From positions 1 through 64,000 of the IMG/VR virus record IMGVR_UViG_3300020477_001932: DNA of 64,000 nt; one strand, given 5' to 3'. A model generated the notes under the pieces. That model ran no database searches. It was not told the origin of the DNA and saw only the letters and a program-made list of their open reading frames with translations. Below are positions 10,111 through 19,936 of the stretch, in pieces. Numbering within the stretch: the stretch's first letter is position 1; the number at the start of each line of letters is the position of its first letter. The DNA is from a virus. Both the position numbers and the translations under genes were made by a program.

Positions 10111-11148
10111 ATGGCTAAAGAAAATGGACAAGTTGAAGAAGCAGAGATAATGGAAGATAGTGATATTGAGAAAAAGATTGAAGAAGGTGCTGGAGCAACT
10201 GCTAATAAAGAGTTAGGTCTGCCTGATGTTGATGATGAAGAAGGTCGCGAAGATTCAGAAGAAGATGGTGAAGGCGGAACAAAGAAAGCACCAGAAAACA
10301 AAACCAAACCTTCTAAAGCATCTGCAAAACAAGAAGCTAAGAAAGAAGATAAAGAAGATGATGTAAAAGAAGAAGAGGAAGAAGCTGAAGAAGAAGAAGC
10401 TAAGAAAGAAGAAATCGAAGTTAATGTAGATGAAGATGTTGCTGCATTGATTAACGGTGAAGAACTTTCTGAAGAATTTAAAACTAAAGCTGCTACAATC
10501 TTTGAAGCTGCTGTTAAATCTAAAATTGCAAAAATTCGCAAACAGATTAGAGAAGAATCTAAGAAAGAGCAAGACGAGCGTATTACATCTATGCAGGATG
10601 AAATGACTGAGAATATGGATAAATACCTCAACTATGCTGCTAAAGAGTGGATGGAAGAAAACAAACTGGCAGTAGAACATGGTGTTCGTAACGAAGTTAC
10701 AGATAGCCTTGTTGCTGGTTTGAAAAAACTATTGGAAGATCATTACATTGATGTTCCAGAAGAAAAAGAAGATGTTTTTGAAAGTCTAGTAATTGAAAAT
10801 AAAGAACTTGAAGAAAAACTAGACACACAAACCCAGAAGCACATGGATACCGTGAAAGAATTAAATACATATAAGGCTGCTTCTATTTTCCAGACCGTTG
10901 CAGAAGGAATGGTCGATACTGATGTTGAAAAGTTTAAAGAATTGGTAGAGGACGTTGATTACGACGCTGATGAACAATATGCAGAAAAATTGAATACTAT
11001 CAAGAATAGCTATTTCAAATCAGATAAAAAAGATGAAGTTGTTGATAACAAGCAAACTGCTGGCACAAACAATCCAGTTGTAGATGGACAAGGTGATGGG
11101 CGTATGGATAGTGTATTAAAAGCAATTTCTAGTTTATCAAAAAAATAA
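10111..11148 (+). CDS. gp22: prohead core scaffolding protein
   Basis: LSEEFKTKAATIFEAAV, YLNYAAKEWMEENKLAV; acidic coiled coil. Confidence 0.93.
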   Translation: MAKENGQVEEAEIMEDSDIEKKIEEGAGATANKELGLPDVDDEEGREDSEEDGEGGTKKAPENKTKPSKASAKQEAKKEDKEDDVKEEEEEAEEEEAKKEEIEVNVDEDVAALINGEELSEEFKTKAATIFEAAVKSKIAKIRKQIREESKKEQDERITSMQDEMTENMDKYLNYAAKEWMEENKLAVEHGVRNEVTDSLVAGLKKLLEDHYIDVPEEKEDVFESLVIENKELEEKLDTQTQKHMDTVKELNTYKAASIFQTVAEGMVDTDVEKFKELVEDVDYDADEQYAEKLNTIKNSYFKSDKKDEVVDNKQTAGTNNPVVDGQGDGRMDSVLKAISSLSKK

Positions 11149-11204
11149 TGGGATAAGTGATTTAGACTTAAATTAATTAAACAAATTTTAAAGGAGTAAC
11201 TAAT

Positions 11205-12509
11205 ATGTATATGGCAGAAGAACTTTCTGAGAAGTGGAAGCCCGTAATGGAGCATGAGGCACTTCCAGAAATAAAAGACTCTTATCGACGCGATGTTACA
11301 TTGCGTTTGTTGGAAAATCAGGAGAAGTTTCTTAACGAAGCAGCTCCTACAAACTTCATGGGTGCTGCTGGTGCCGAAGGTGCTAACAAATCCGGTGGAA
11401 TTGATATTTGGGATCCTATTTTGATGGGTCTAGTTCGACGCTCTATGCCTCAAATGATCGCTTATGACATTTGTGGTGTTCAGCCTATGACTGGTCCTAC
11501 GGGATTGATCTTTGCTATGAAAGCACGTTACACGAATCAAAGTGGTGGCGAAGCTTTCGGTGCAGCTGGAACCGGTGCAGACGAATCTCATACAGAGCAT
11601 TCTGGTACTGGTACACATACAACAACGGATGATACCAACAATCCTTTCTCTGCTAACGATACCTGGAAAACAGGCGGTGGTATGGCAACAGGTAATGCTG
11701 AAGCTCTCGGAGATGGTACTGGTCCTCATTTCGCAGAAATGGCTTTCACCATTGAGAAAACTTCCGTAACTGCAAAATCTCGAGCTCTGAAAGCTGAATA
11801 CTCTACGGAGTTGGCTCAAGACTTGAAAGCAGTTCATGGTCTTGATGCTGAAACAGAATTGGCAAATATTTTGTCAACTGAAATTCTGCAAGAGATCAAC
11901 CGTGAAGTTGTCCGCACAATTTATTATTGTGCAAAACCTGGTGCGCAGCGTGATACAACAACAGCTGGTTCTTTTGATCTGGACACAGACTCTAACGGTC
12001 GTTGGTCAGTTGAGAAGTTCAAAGGTTTGATGTATCAAATCGAGCGTGATCGTAACGAAATCGGACACGACACACGACGCGGCAAAGGTAACTTTATGAT
12101 CTGTTCTGCTGACGTTGCATCCGCAATGGCTATGGCAGGTATGTTGGAAGCAGGTCATGCACTTAACACAGACGATACAATGTCCACATTTGCTGGTACA
12201 ATGAACGGAATGAAAGTTTACGTTGATCCTTACTACACATCTGATGTTGGTCAGTTCTACTTGGTTGGTTACAAAGGTGCATCTGCTTATGATGCAGGCC
12301 TTTTCTACTGTCCTTACGTTCCTCTACAAATGGTTCGTGCGATGGGTGAAAACACATTCCAACCAAAAATCGGTTTCAAAACTCGTTACGGAATGGTGAA
12401 AAATCCTTTCGTAAACGGTGGTGGCGAAATTGATTTCACAACTGGTGGTACAACCGATTTCGGTAAAAACCAATATTACAGAAAAGTTAGCATTGCCAAC
12501 TTGATGTAA
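11205..12509 (+). CDS. gp23: major capsid protein
   Basis: GVQPMTGPTGLIFA, SRALKAEYSTELAQDLKAVHGLDAE, YCPYVPL, FQPKIGFKTRYG; FLNE/A maturation-type site. Confidence 0.98.
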   Translation: MYMAEELSEKWKPVMEHEALPEIKDSYRRDVTLRLLENQEKFLNEAAPTNFMGAAGAEGANKSGGIDIWDPILMGLVRRSMPQMIAYDICGVQPMTGPTGLIFAMKARYTNQSGGEAFGAAGTGADESHTEHSGTGTHTTTDDTNNPFSANDTWKTGGGMATGNAEALGDGTGPHFAEMAFTIEKTSVTAKSRALKAEYSTELAQDLKAVHGLDAETELANILSTEILQEINREVVRTIYYCAKPGAQRDTTTAGSFDLDTDSNGRWSVEKFKGLMYQIERDRNEIGHDTRRGKGNFMICSADVASAMAMAGMLEAGHALNTDDTMSTFAGTMNGMKVYVDPYYTSDVGQFYLVGYKGASAYDAGLFYCPYVPLQMVRAMGENTFQPKIGFKTRYGMVKNPFVNGGGEIDFTTGGTTDFGKNQYYRKVSIANLM

Positions 12510-12532
12510 TTTCAGTTTAGTTTTATTAAATC

Positions 12533-12566
12533 GGGTAGGGAACTTATGTTCCCTGCCCTTTTTTTT
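12533..12566 (+). terminator. intrinsic terminator after gp23
   Basis: GGGTAGGGAAC-TTAT-GTTCCCTGCCC then T8. Confidence 0.9.
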
Positions 12567-12619
12567 GGCATGAAGAAAAAAGTCTTAAAATAGACGAGGA
12601 TTCATTTTTTCTTAACTTT

Positions 12620-12652
12620 TTCCTTGCATTGGGCTTTTTTTTGTGTTATTGT
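12620..12652 (+). promoter_or_regulatory. sigma70-type promoter, TTCC family
   Basis: TTCC-TTGCAT-N17-TATTGT with TG extension. Confidence 0.6.
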
Positions 12653-12676
12653 TTCTATGTGGGTTGGGTCAAGTAT

Positions 12677-12684
12677 TATAAATA
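12677..12684 (+). promoter_or_regulatory. late promoter for gp3
   Basis: Intergenic TATAAATA. Confidence 0.75.
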
Positions 12685-12716
12685 TATATATTAACTAATT
12701 AATTAGAGTATATGAA

Positions 12717-13238
12717 ATGGCTTTAAAACCAAAAGAATTAAATCAATTAAATGTAGTATCTTTTCAAACGAACTTTACAAGGCTACCTAATGTAAACTTC
12801 TTTTGTCAAAGAGTTAATATACCAGCTATGACTCTTGGTGCGACTATTCAAACAACACCATTTTCAGATGTTAATTTTGCTGGTGATAAGCTTACATTTG
12901 AACAAATGACTATGAATTTTTATGTAAATGAAGATTTGTCCAATTATTTAGAAATATATGATTGGCTTATTTCTTTGGGATTTCCAGATAATTATAAACA
13001 GTATAATCTAAAAGATAGCTCATTAAATTTTGCGGCGAATGAGACAACAACATCAGATATGAATCTTATACTAGAAACCAATAAATCCAACCCCAATTAT
13101 AGTGTAGTATTCAGAGAGGCTTTTCCTGTATCATTAGGGAGTATTGAGCTTGATACTGCAGCCACAACATTAGAGCCGATTGTAGTTGATGCTACATTTG
13201 CTTATTCTGGCTCATTTTCTATCGACAAAATTATCTAA
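12717..13238 (+). CDS. gp3: tail completion/tube terminator protein
   Basis: PNVNFFCQRVNIP, GDKLTF, FYVNEDLSNYLEIYDW, AFPVSL. Confidence 0.9.
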   Translation: MALKPKELNQLNVVSFQTNFTRLPNVNFFCQRVNIPAMTLGATIQTTPFSDVNFAGDKLTFEQMTMNFYVNEDLSNYLEIYDWLISLGFPDNYKQYNLKDSSLNFAANETTTSDMNLILETNKSNPNYSVVFREAFPVSLGSIELDTAATTLEPIVVDATFAYSGSFSIDKII

Positions 13239-13242
13239 CTTG

Positions 13243-13275
13243 TTCCTTGTATTTCCAATATTATTTTGTTATACT
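13243..13275 (+). promoter_or_regulatory. sigma70-type promoter, TTCC family (uvsY)
   Basis: TTCC-TTGTAT-N17-TATACT; ATG 7 nt downstream, no SD. Confidence 0.75.
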
Positions 13276-13282
13276 TTAAAGT

Positions 13283-13720
13283 ATGAAAATTGAAGAACTA
13301 AAAGAAATGATTAACAAAGATGCAGCTTTCTTAAAAGAAGAAAGTCATATGGACACCTCTTCGCTTTCTATACCAGAATTACACGCAAAGTATTTGTCTA
13401 TAATATATGATGAAAAGCTTGCATTAGATTATTTTAAAGTAGAATATAAAGTTTTAAAACGTGATAAATGGATATATTATACTGGAAAAGCTGACCCTGA
13501 TGTATATGAACAAAAACCTTTTAATTTAAATATATTAAAAGCAGATGTTGATAAGTTCCTTGATGCCGATACAGATTTAAATGCACTTCATTTAAAAGTT
13601 AGAGCTCAAGAAGAAAAACTTAATTTAATAACAGAGATAGTTAAAAGTATTGTGGGTCATTCTTTTAGTGTTGGTAATGCAATAAAATGGAAAAAATTTT
13701 TGAATGGTGAGCTTGGATGA
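13283..13720 (+). CDS. uvsY: recombination mediator UvsY
   Basis: SLSIPELHAKYL, KWIYYTGKA, NAIKWKKF; upstream of uvsW. Confidence 0.9.
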   Translation: MKIEELKEMINKDAAFLKEESHMDTSSLSIPELHAKYLSIIYDEKLALDYFKVEYKVLKRDKWIYYTGKADPDVYEQKPFNLNILKADVDKFLDADTDLNALHLKVRAQEEKLNLITEIVKSIVGHSFSVGNAIKWKKFLNGELG

Positions 13721-15204
13721 TTGTGGTTGGAAAACTGAATGAAACTTTCTTACAAGTATCTTGTGAGAGACACGTTGCGTATGAATTGAATGAGTATTTT
13801 TCTTTTAAAGTACCAAACTTTCAATTTCATCCGAAGTTTAAAGCGAAACTATGGGATGGTAAGATACGTTTGTTTAATATTCAAACTGGACAAATGTATC
13901 TTGGACTATACCCATACTTGAAGGAATGGGCAGATAAACATTCTTACAAATTACAATCCGACATAGTAGAGGCCCGAAAGTTAAAGGGCATGGGTGTTAC
14001 GGAGATAAAAGAGTTTTTTGATTCGTTAAAACTCCATTGTAAGAATGTTCCCATTACTCCAAGAGATTATCAAGTTTCATCATTCATTCATTGTGTTAAA
14101 CAAGAAAGAGCTTTGTTGTTGTCTCCTACTTCATCAGGAAAGAGTCTGGTTATATATTCATTAATTAGATGGCATCAACGGTTCATTGAGAATGATAAGA
14201 TATTAATATTAGTACCAACAACAAATCTTGTTAGACAGATGTATAATGATTTTGGTGATTATTCGTCAAAACTAAAAGATTGGAATGTTGAAGAACAATG
14301 CCACCAAATATATTCTGGTAAAGAAAAAGAAACAAACAAACAGATATATATAAGTACATGGCAATCCCTATTCCGTTTGGGGACCCCATACTTCAAGAAA
14401 TTTGGAATGGTTATAGGTGATGAAGCTCATTTATGTAATGCCCAAAGTCTCAAAGGTATTTTGGAAAAGATGGTAACGTGCAGATACCGATTTGGAACTA
14501 CTGGAACAATTACTGATTCTAAGACTAATAAATTAGTATTAGAGGGATTGTTTGGAAAGACTTATCAAGCCATTACTTCAAAAGAATTGATGGATGATAA
14601 ACATATATCTGATTTAAAGATTGAGTGTTTGGTTTTAGGATATACAGATAAAGAAAAACAGTTATTAAAGAAAGCAACATATCAAGAAGAAATAGATTTT
14701 ATCGTTTCAAGTCCGAAAAGAAATGAATTTATATGTGAATTAGCATTGGCCAGAAAAGGTAACGTATTGGTCTTATTTAATTATGTAGAGAAGCATGGTA
14801 AAGTTTTAGAGAAAATATTGAAGTCTAAATTAAAGACAGACAGAAATATTTTCTTTATAGCTGGTGAAACTTCAGTAGAGGATAGAGAATCTATTAGGCA
14901 AATCACGGAAGTTGAAAACTCTATTATTGTGGCATCATCAGGAGTATTGTCAACGGGTGTCAATATTAAAAATTTACAATCATTAATATTTGCTCATCCA
15001 TATAAAGGTAAGATTAGAAATCTTCAATCCATAGGAAGGGTGTTACGATTAGATGATAAAGAAAACAAGGCTATATTGTTTGATGTAGTTGATGATCTTA
15101 GTTGGAAGAAACACCAAAATTATGGGATTAAACATTGGAGTGAAAGAGTGAAAACTTATACTAATGAGAAGTTTGAATATAATATTAGAGAAATAACTTT
15201 ATAA
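13717..15204 (+). CDS. uvsW: SF2 helicase UvsW
   Basis: WDGKIRLF, PRDYQ, SPTSSGKS, DEAH, LQSIGRVLR. Confidence 0.95.
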   Translation: MIVVGKLNETFLQVSCERHVAYELNEYFSFKVPNFQFHPKFKAKLWDGKIRLFNIQTGQMYLGLYPYLKEWADKHSYKLQSDIVEARKLKGMGVTEIKEFFDSLKLHCKNVPITPRDYQVSSFIHCVKQERALLLSPTSSGKSLVIYSLIRWHQRFIENDKILILVPTTNLVRQMYNDFGDYSSKLKDWNVEEQCHQIYSGKEKETNKQIYISTWQSLFRLGTPYFKKFGMVIGDEAHLCNAQSLKGILEKMVTCRYRFGTTGTITDSKTNKLVLEGLFGKTYQAITSKELMDDKHISDLKIECLVLGYTDKEKQLLKKATYQEEIDFIVSSPKRNEFICELALARKGNVLVLFNYVEKHGKVLEKILKSKLKTDRNIFFIAGETSVEDRESIRQITEVENSIIVASSGVLSTGVNIKNLQSLIFAHPYKGKIRNLQSIGRVLRLDDKENKAILFDVVDDLSWKKHQNYGIKHWSERVKTYTNEKFEYNIREITL

Positions 15205-15215
15205 AGGAAAATAAA

Positions 15216-15377
15216 ATGGGTAAAACTTACAAGAAGATTGTGAGAAACAAATTTGAAAAGAAAAAATTTAATAACTTAAAGAAAAAACAATTAGAAGAGG
15301 AATATGAAGATGAGTACGAAGAAGATGAAGTCTTGTCGGAGGTGCAAGACCAAGACGGAACACAAAAAGACCTCTGA
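15216..15377 (+). CDS. small basic/acidic protein (53 aa)
   Basis: AAGGA SD; MGKTYKKIVRNKFEKKKFNNLKKKQLEEEYEDEYEEDE...; below ORF-track cutoff. Confidence 0.6.
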   Translation: MGKTYKKIVRNKFEKKKFNNLKKKQLEEEYEDEYEEDEVLSEVQDQDGTQKDL

Positions 15378-15507
15378 AGGATTTGCAGGTAAAATATATT
15401 ATGAAGATTTTACTTGTAGTGTATGTGGTGCTATAAATTTATTTAAAAAACGAAAATTACCAAAACATGAGACAATATATTATGTTAGTTCTAATTGTCC
15501 CTACTAA
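15304..15507 (+). CDS. small zinc-ribbon protein
   Basis: CRRC...CSVCG; GAGGA upstream. Confidence 0.6.
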   Translation: MKMSTKKMKSCRRCKTKTEHKKTSEGFAGKIYYEDFTCSVCGAINLFKKRKLPKHETIYYVSSNCPY

Positions 15508-15519
15508 AAGGAATATAAA

Positions 15520-15945
15520 ATGAAAGTTAATATGATTAATAAAAGTGAAAATCCATTACCAAAGTATGCAAAAGAAGGTGATGCTGGTATGGATATTTGT
15601 GCAGCTGAAGATGTTGCTATACCAGCATTTTGTTGGGAGGCAATTTTAACTGGAATATATATGCAACTTCCAGAAGGCTATGAATGTCAAATAAGATCAA
15701 GGTCTGGATTAGCTGCAAAACATGGTATTCAAGTTTTAAATAGTCCTGGCACTATTGATTCTGGTTATCGTGGTGAAGTTAAAGTTATATTAAAAAATAA
15801 TGCATACGCACCTTATGATATTAAAAAAGGTGATAGAATTGCACAGATGGTTTTTGCACCTGTAACAACTGCATCTATTACAGAAGTTGCTGAACTTTCT
15901 GATTCAGAACGTGGTGAAGGTGGATTGGGGAGTACAGGAAAATGA
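15520..15945 (+). CDS. dut: trimeric dUTPase
   Basis: AGMDI, RSGLA, GTIDSGYRGE, RIAQ, RGEGGLGSTG. Confidence 0.96.
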   Translation: MKVNMINKSENPLPKYAKEGDAGMDICAAEDVAIPAFCWEAILTGIYMQLPEGYECQIRSRSGLAAKHGIQVLNSPGTIDSGYRGEVKVILKNNAYAPYDIKKGDRIAQMVFAPVTTASITEVAELSDSERGEGGLGSTGK

Positions 15946-16466
15946 CTGATAAGAAAAAACATTATGTTGACAATGAGAAGTTTTTTACTGAAATGAAGAA
16001 ATGGAAGCAAAGAGTACATGATGCTCGTGAGGTGGAAGATGATGATCCACCTACAACTGAATATATGGGTGAGTGTTTTCTAAAGATTTGTGAACATCTA
16101 GCCATGCGTCCAAATTTTATTAATTACACATTCCGTGATGATTTGATTTCTGATGGAATCGAGAATTGTTTGCTTTATGCTCACAATTTCAATCCAGAAA
16201 AATCGAAGAATCCTTTTTCATATTTTACACAAATTATTCATCATGCTTACGTTAGGAGGATAGTAAAAGAAAGAAAATTAATGCACGTTAAATATCTGCT
16301 CGTTGAACGGGAAGGTATATTAGAAGAAATAAGTAAATCTGGTGAAAGCCATAAAAAAATGACTAAAGAATGGGTGGACTATTTAAGAACCCATGAAAAA
16401 TATGCTGTAAATCCAACAAAGAAGAAAAAGAAGAAGAAGGCTGATTTAGAGTTGTATTATAGATAA
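15942..16466 (+). CDS. gp55: late transcription sigma factor
   Basis: HYVDNEKF, PNFINYTFRDDLISDGIENC, NPFSYFTQI. Confidence 0.95.
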   Translation: MTDKKKHYVDNEKFFTEMKKWKQRVHDAREVEDDDPPTTEYMGECFLKICEHLAMRPNFINYTFRDDLISDGIENCLLYAHNFNPEKSKNPFSYFTQIIHHAYVRRIVKERKLMHVKYLLVEREGILEEISKSGESHKKMTKEWVDYLRTHEKYAVNPTKKKKKKKADLELYYR

Positions 16467-16473
16467 AAAGTTT

Positions 16474-16506
16474 TTCCTTGTATTTTTAATTAATTTATAG
16501 TATAAT
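16474..16506 (+). promoter_or_regulatory. sigma70-type promoter, TTCC family
   Basis: TTCC-TTGTAT-N17-TATAAT. Confidence 0.8.
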
Positions 16507-16520
16507 TCTTGGAGTTATTA

Positions 16521-16757
16521 ATGGATTATCATGTTATGGCTAATGAAGAATGTCAAAGATGCAAACAATTTGAATTAGACCATAAATTTAAACATTGTTC
16601 TTTTACAGTAAGTCGTTTGGAAAATGGAAACGCATTACAAGAATTTGAATGTTCAAGATGTAAATTTAAATGGGAAAGGATATATGAAAGTAGCTCTAAT
16701 TACAGATCAACATTTCGGGGGAAAACAGGACAGTCAGAACTTTTTAAATCACATTGA
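16521..16757 (+). CDS. small Cys-rich (zinc-ribbon) protein
   Basis: CQRC...CSRC; overlaps gp47 start; start uncertain. Confidence 0.55.
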   Translation: MDYHVMANEECQRCKQFELDHKFKHCSFTVSRLENGNALQEFECSRCKFKWERIYESSSNYRSTFRGKTGQSELFKSH

Positions 16758-17751
16758 GAGGTTTTACCGTGAACAATTTTTTCCATATTTGTCTGAAAAT
16801 AACATTCATACTGTTATTGATCTTGGCGATACTTTTGATCGCAGAAAGTTTGTTAATTTTAATACATTAGATAAAGTACGTCAATTTTATTTTGATGTAT
16901 TCTACGAAAACGGTATTAAATTACATTCTATCGTAGGCAATCATTCTACTTATTACAGAAATACAAATTCTGTTAATAGCTCTGAATTACTTTATGGTCA
17001 TTATGATAATATTGAAGTCTATCCAGAAGTTGAAACGATATGCCTTGATGGAACACTTATTGATTTAATACCTTGGATAAATTCAGAAAATTATGATAAG
17101 ACAATGTATTTTATCAAAAATTCTAAATCACAAATTGCTCTTGGACATTTAGAAGTTGCTGGATTTGCCATGTATAAAGGATATAATGCAGAGGATGGTA
17201 TTGCAAAAGATATATTTAAAGGATATGAGATAGTATGTTCTGGTCATTATCATCATAAGTCAAGTAAAGATAACATTCATTATCTTGGAGCTCCATACGA
17301 AATTACATGGAATGATTATGATGATCCTAGAGGGTTTCATGTATTAGATACAGAAATCAGAGAAATAGAGTTTATTCGTAATAAGTTTAGGTTGTTTGAA
17401 AAAATATATTATGATGATGAAAATACAGATTATGATACAATAGATACTGGTTATTATAAGAATAAGATAGTTAAACTGATTGTAGAAAATAAGAATAACA
17501 CAAATAATTATGAGAATTTTGTGGATAAGTTATATGAATCAGAATTAGCTGATTTAACTATACTTGAAGATTTGTCAGAGTATAGTGCTAGATATAGTGA
17601 AGATGAAGATGATGATGTTGAAATAAGTAATACTTCAGATTTCTTAGATGAGTATGTTGATGGTATGTCTGAAAATAAGAGTGAAGAAAAGGTTAAAGTA
17701 AAAAAATTATTAAAAGTTATTTATGATGAAGCCCTTAACATGGATGAATAA
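16684..17751 (+). CDS. gp47: recombination nuclease subunit (Mre11-like)
   Basis: TDQHFG, LGDTFD, GNH, SGHYH; start at MKVALITD after AAGGA. Confidence 0.95.
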   Translation: MKVALITDQHFGGKQDSQNFLNHIERFYREQFFPYLSENNIHTVIDLGDTFDRRKFVNFNTLDKVRQFYFDVFYENGIKLHSIVGNHSTYYRNTNSVNSSELLYGHYDNIEVYPEVETICLDGTLIDLIPWINSENYDKTMYFIKNSKSQIALGHLEVAGFAMYKGYNAEDGIAKDIFKGYEIVCSGHYHHKSSKDNIHYLGAPYEITWNDYDDPRGFHVLDTEIREIEFIRNKFRLFEKIYYDDENTDYDTIDTGYYKNKIVKLIVENKNNTNNYENFVDKLYESELADLTILEDLSEYSARYSEDEDDDVEISNTSDFLDEYVDGMSENKSEEKVKVKKLLKVIYDEALNMDE

Positions 17752-19451
17752 TGATTGTATTAAAAACTGTTAGATGGAAGAATTTTCTATCGACTGGTAA
17801 TCAATTTTTAGAGGTACAATTAGATAAAGAACCAATGACATTAATCGTTGGTAAAAATGGTGCTGGTAAATCGACATTAATTGATGCCATCACCTTTTCT
17901 TTATTTGGAAAGCCTTTTAAAAGGATTAATAAAGGCCAGTTGATGAACTCTGTCAATGAAAAAGATTTAGTTACAGAGATTGAGTTTAACATTGGTAAAA
18001 GTAAATGGAAAGTAAGGCGTGGTATTAAACCAGCTTTATTTGAAATCTACCACAATGGTAAAATAATCAACCAAGATGCAAAGAGTACAGATTATCAGAA
18101 GTATCTTGAAGATAAAGTTTTAAAATTGAATTTTAAATCATTTACTCAAATTGTCGTATTGGGCTCAGCTTCATTTGTTCCCTTTATGCAGTTATCAGCA
18201 AATGATAGACGAATTATTATTGAGGATATTCTGGATATTGGTATATTCTCTGTTATGAAGAATTTACTCAAAGATCGTTCAATGCTTCTCAAGGAAGAAA
18301 TGAGTGAGATTGAATATGAGATTAAATTGCTTCAAGAGAAAATCAAGATACAAGAAAAACATTTAAAGGAATTGAAAGAAAAAACAGCTTCTAAACGAAA
18401 ATCTGATTTAGAGAAAATAGAGGAGACGCAAGACGAAATTGCTAGACTTACAGAGGAGATAGAAGATCATCAAGATATGGTGGTATCCTTGATGAAGTCT
18501 ATTGCAGATGAAAATACGACACATAAAAAGAATAGTGAGTTGGATAAGTATCGTTCACAGATAAATAAGAATTTAAAGAAACTTAATAAGGATAAAAAGT
18601 TTTTTGCAGAAAAAGAAAATTGTCCTACTTGTGAACAAGATATTGATGAAGTATTTAAGAAAAGTAAGTTAAATTCTTTACAAGATGATATTGAAGAAAT
18701 GGATGATGGTCTTGAAAAGATAGAAACTGAAATTCAGAAAGTTTTTGACCGTTTAGCTGAAATTAATTTAGTTAATAAAGATATACAAAAAGAAGAAAAT
18801 GAGATTAGAACAAAGAATGGATATATTAAATCTCATAATAGCTTTATTAAGCATTTAAACGAAGAACTAACCAACATAGTAGAAGAAGCTGATGAGGGTA
18901 AGATAAAGATTTTAAATAGTGAATTAGAAGATCAAAAGAAGTCCAGAAGTGAATATACAGAGCAAAAGAGATATTATGATATTCTTGGTGCTATATTAAA
19001 TGATAAAGGTATTAAGACAAGGATTATACGGAAGTATCTTCCTTTCATAAATAACCATGTAAACAATTATCTTAAAGATATGGATTTCTTTGTTAATTTC
19101 CAGCTGGATGAGAATTTTCAAGAAACCATTAAGAGTAGGCATAGGGATGATTTCTCTTACTACTCATTTTCAGAAGGTGAAAAGAAAAGAATTGATATTG
19201 CATTATTGTTGACTTGGAGGCATATAGCTTCTATGCGTAATTCTGTTAATGTCAATCTTTTGATATTGGATGAAGTATTTGATGCAAGTTTAGATCAGGC
19301 TGGTGTAGATGATTTGATGAAGTTGTTTAATATACTAAATAAGACGAACTTGTTTATTATATCACATAAACTGGATATACTAGATGATAAGTTTCCAGCC
19401 AAGATAACAGTTGAGAAACTTAAAAACTTTACAACAATGGATTATAGATGA
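17751..19451 (+). CDS. gp46: recombination ATPase subunit (Rad50-like)
   Basis: GKNGAGKS, CPTC zinc hook, FSEGEK signature, ILDEVFD. Confidence 0.96.
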   Translation: MIVLKTVRWKNFLSTGNQFLEVQLDKEPMTLIVGKNGAGKSTLIDAITFSLFGKPFKRINKGQLMNSVNEKDLVTEIEFNIGKSKWKVRRGIKPALFEIYHNGKIINQDAKSTDYQKYLEDKVLKLNFKSFTQIVVLGSASFVPFMQLSANDRRIIIEDILDIGIFSVMKNLLKDRSMLLKEEMSEIEYEIKLLQEKIKIQEKHLKELKEKTASKRKSDLEKIEETQDEIARLTEEIEDHQDMVVSLMKSIADENTTHKKNSELDKYRSQINKNLKKLNKDKKFFAEKENCPTCEQDIDEVFKKSKLNSLQDDIEEMDDGLEKIETEIQKVFDRLAEINLVNKDIQKEENEIRTKNGYIKSHNSFIKHLNEELTNIVEEADEGKIKILNSELEDQKKSRSEYTEQKRYYDILGAILNDKGIKTRIIRKYLPFINNHVNNYLKDMDFFVNFQLDENFQETIKSRHRDDFSYYSFSEGEKKRIDIALLLTWRHIASMRNSVNVNLLILDEVFDASLDQAGVDDLMKLFNILNKTNLFIISHKLDILDDKFPAKITVEKLKNFTTMDYR

Positions 19452-19630
19452 AATTTATTGTGTTGATGTGGATTCTTTCATTTTCTGATTTATCTGGTGA
19501 AATTCGTGCTTATGAGGGTTCATTAGATGAATGTTTATTAACTTCAATGTTATTCAACCAAAATCATAAAAATAAATATTCTGGTTGTTTTATAATATCT
19601 AAACAATACAGTTATGTACCAAGGGAGTAG
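19448..19630 (+). CDS. small hypothetical protein
   Basis: ATGA overlap with gp46; hydrophobic N-terminus, two Cys. Confidence 0.55.
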   Translation: MKFIVLMWILSFSDLSGEIRAYEGSLDECLLTSMLFNQNHKNKYSGCFIISKQYSYVPRE

Positions 19631-19632
19631 AA

Positions 19633-19854
19633 ATGCCGTTATACAGTTATCGTTGCAACCAATGTGGTTTTGTTGATGAAGTATTTATTGATGTAAGTAA
19701 AAGAGATAAGAAGTGGCCGTGTGAGCAAGAAGGATGTACTGGTGTTATGATAAGAGAGTTGGATGCTCCATCATTCCAGTTAAAGGGTGATGGATGGTAT
19801 AAAGACGGATATACTAAAAAACCAAAGAAAGAGGAAAAAAATGAAAATAGTTAA
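19633..19854 (+). CDS. FmdB-family zinc-ribbon protein
   Basis: MPLYSYRCNQCG...FQLKGDGWY signature. Confidence 0.85.
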   Translation: MPLYSYRCNQCGFVDEVFIDVSKRDKKWPCEQEGCTGVMIRELDAPSFQLKGDGWYKDGYTKKPKKEEKNENS

Positions 19855-19936
19855 ATGGGCATTAATATTAGGTGTAATAGGATTTGTGGGGTATTGGGCA
19901 TTGAGAATATTAACAGCTATTGCGGTATTACATTAA
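19841..19936 (+). CDS. 31-aa membrane peptide
   Basis: GAGGA SD; MKIVKWALILGVIGFVGYWALRILTAIAVLH; stop abuts next ATG. Confidence 0.55.
   Translation: MKIVKWALILGVIGFVGYWALRILTAIAVLH

Noticed and set aside
9996-10680. Long minus-strand ORFs (211 and 141 aa) opposite gp22
   Set aside because: Ser/Phe-rich mirror of GAA/AAA-rich sense codons; the same applies to the other minus-strand ORFs such as 51794-52408 and 44897-45370
19633-19854. FmdB as regulator of urtA or amide use
   Set aside because: FmdB-like ribbons are widespread in phages and this one is over 40 kb from urtA
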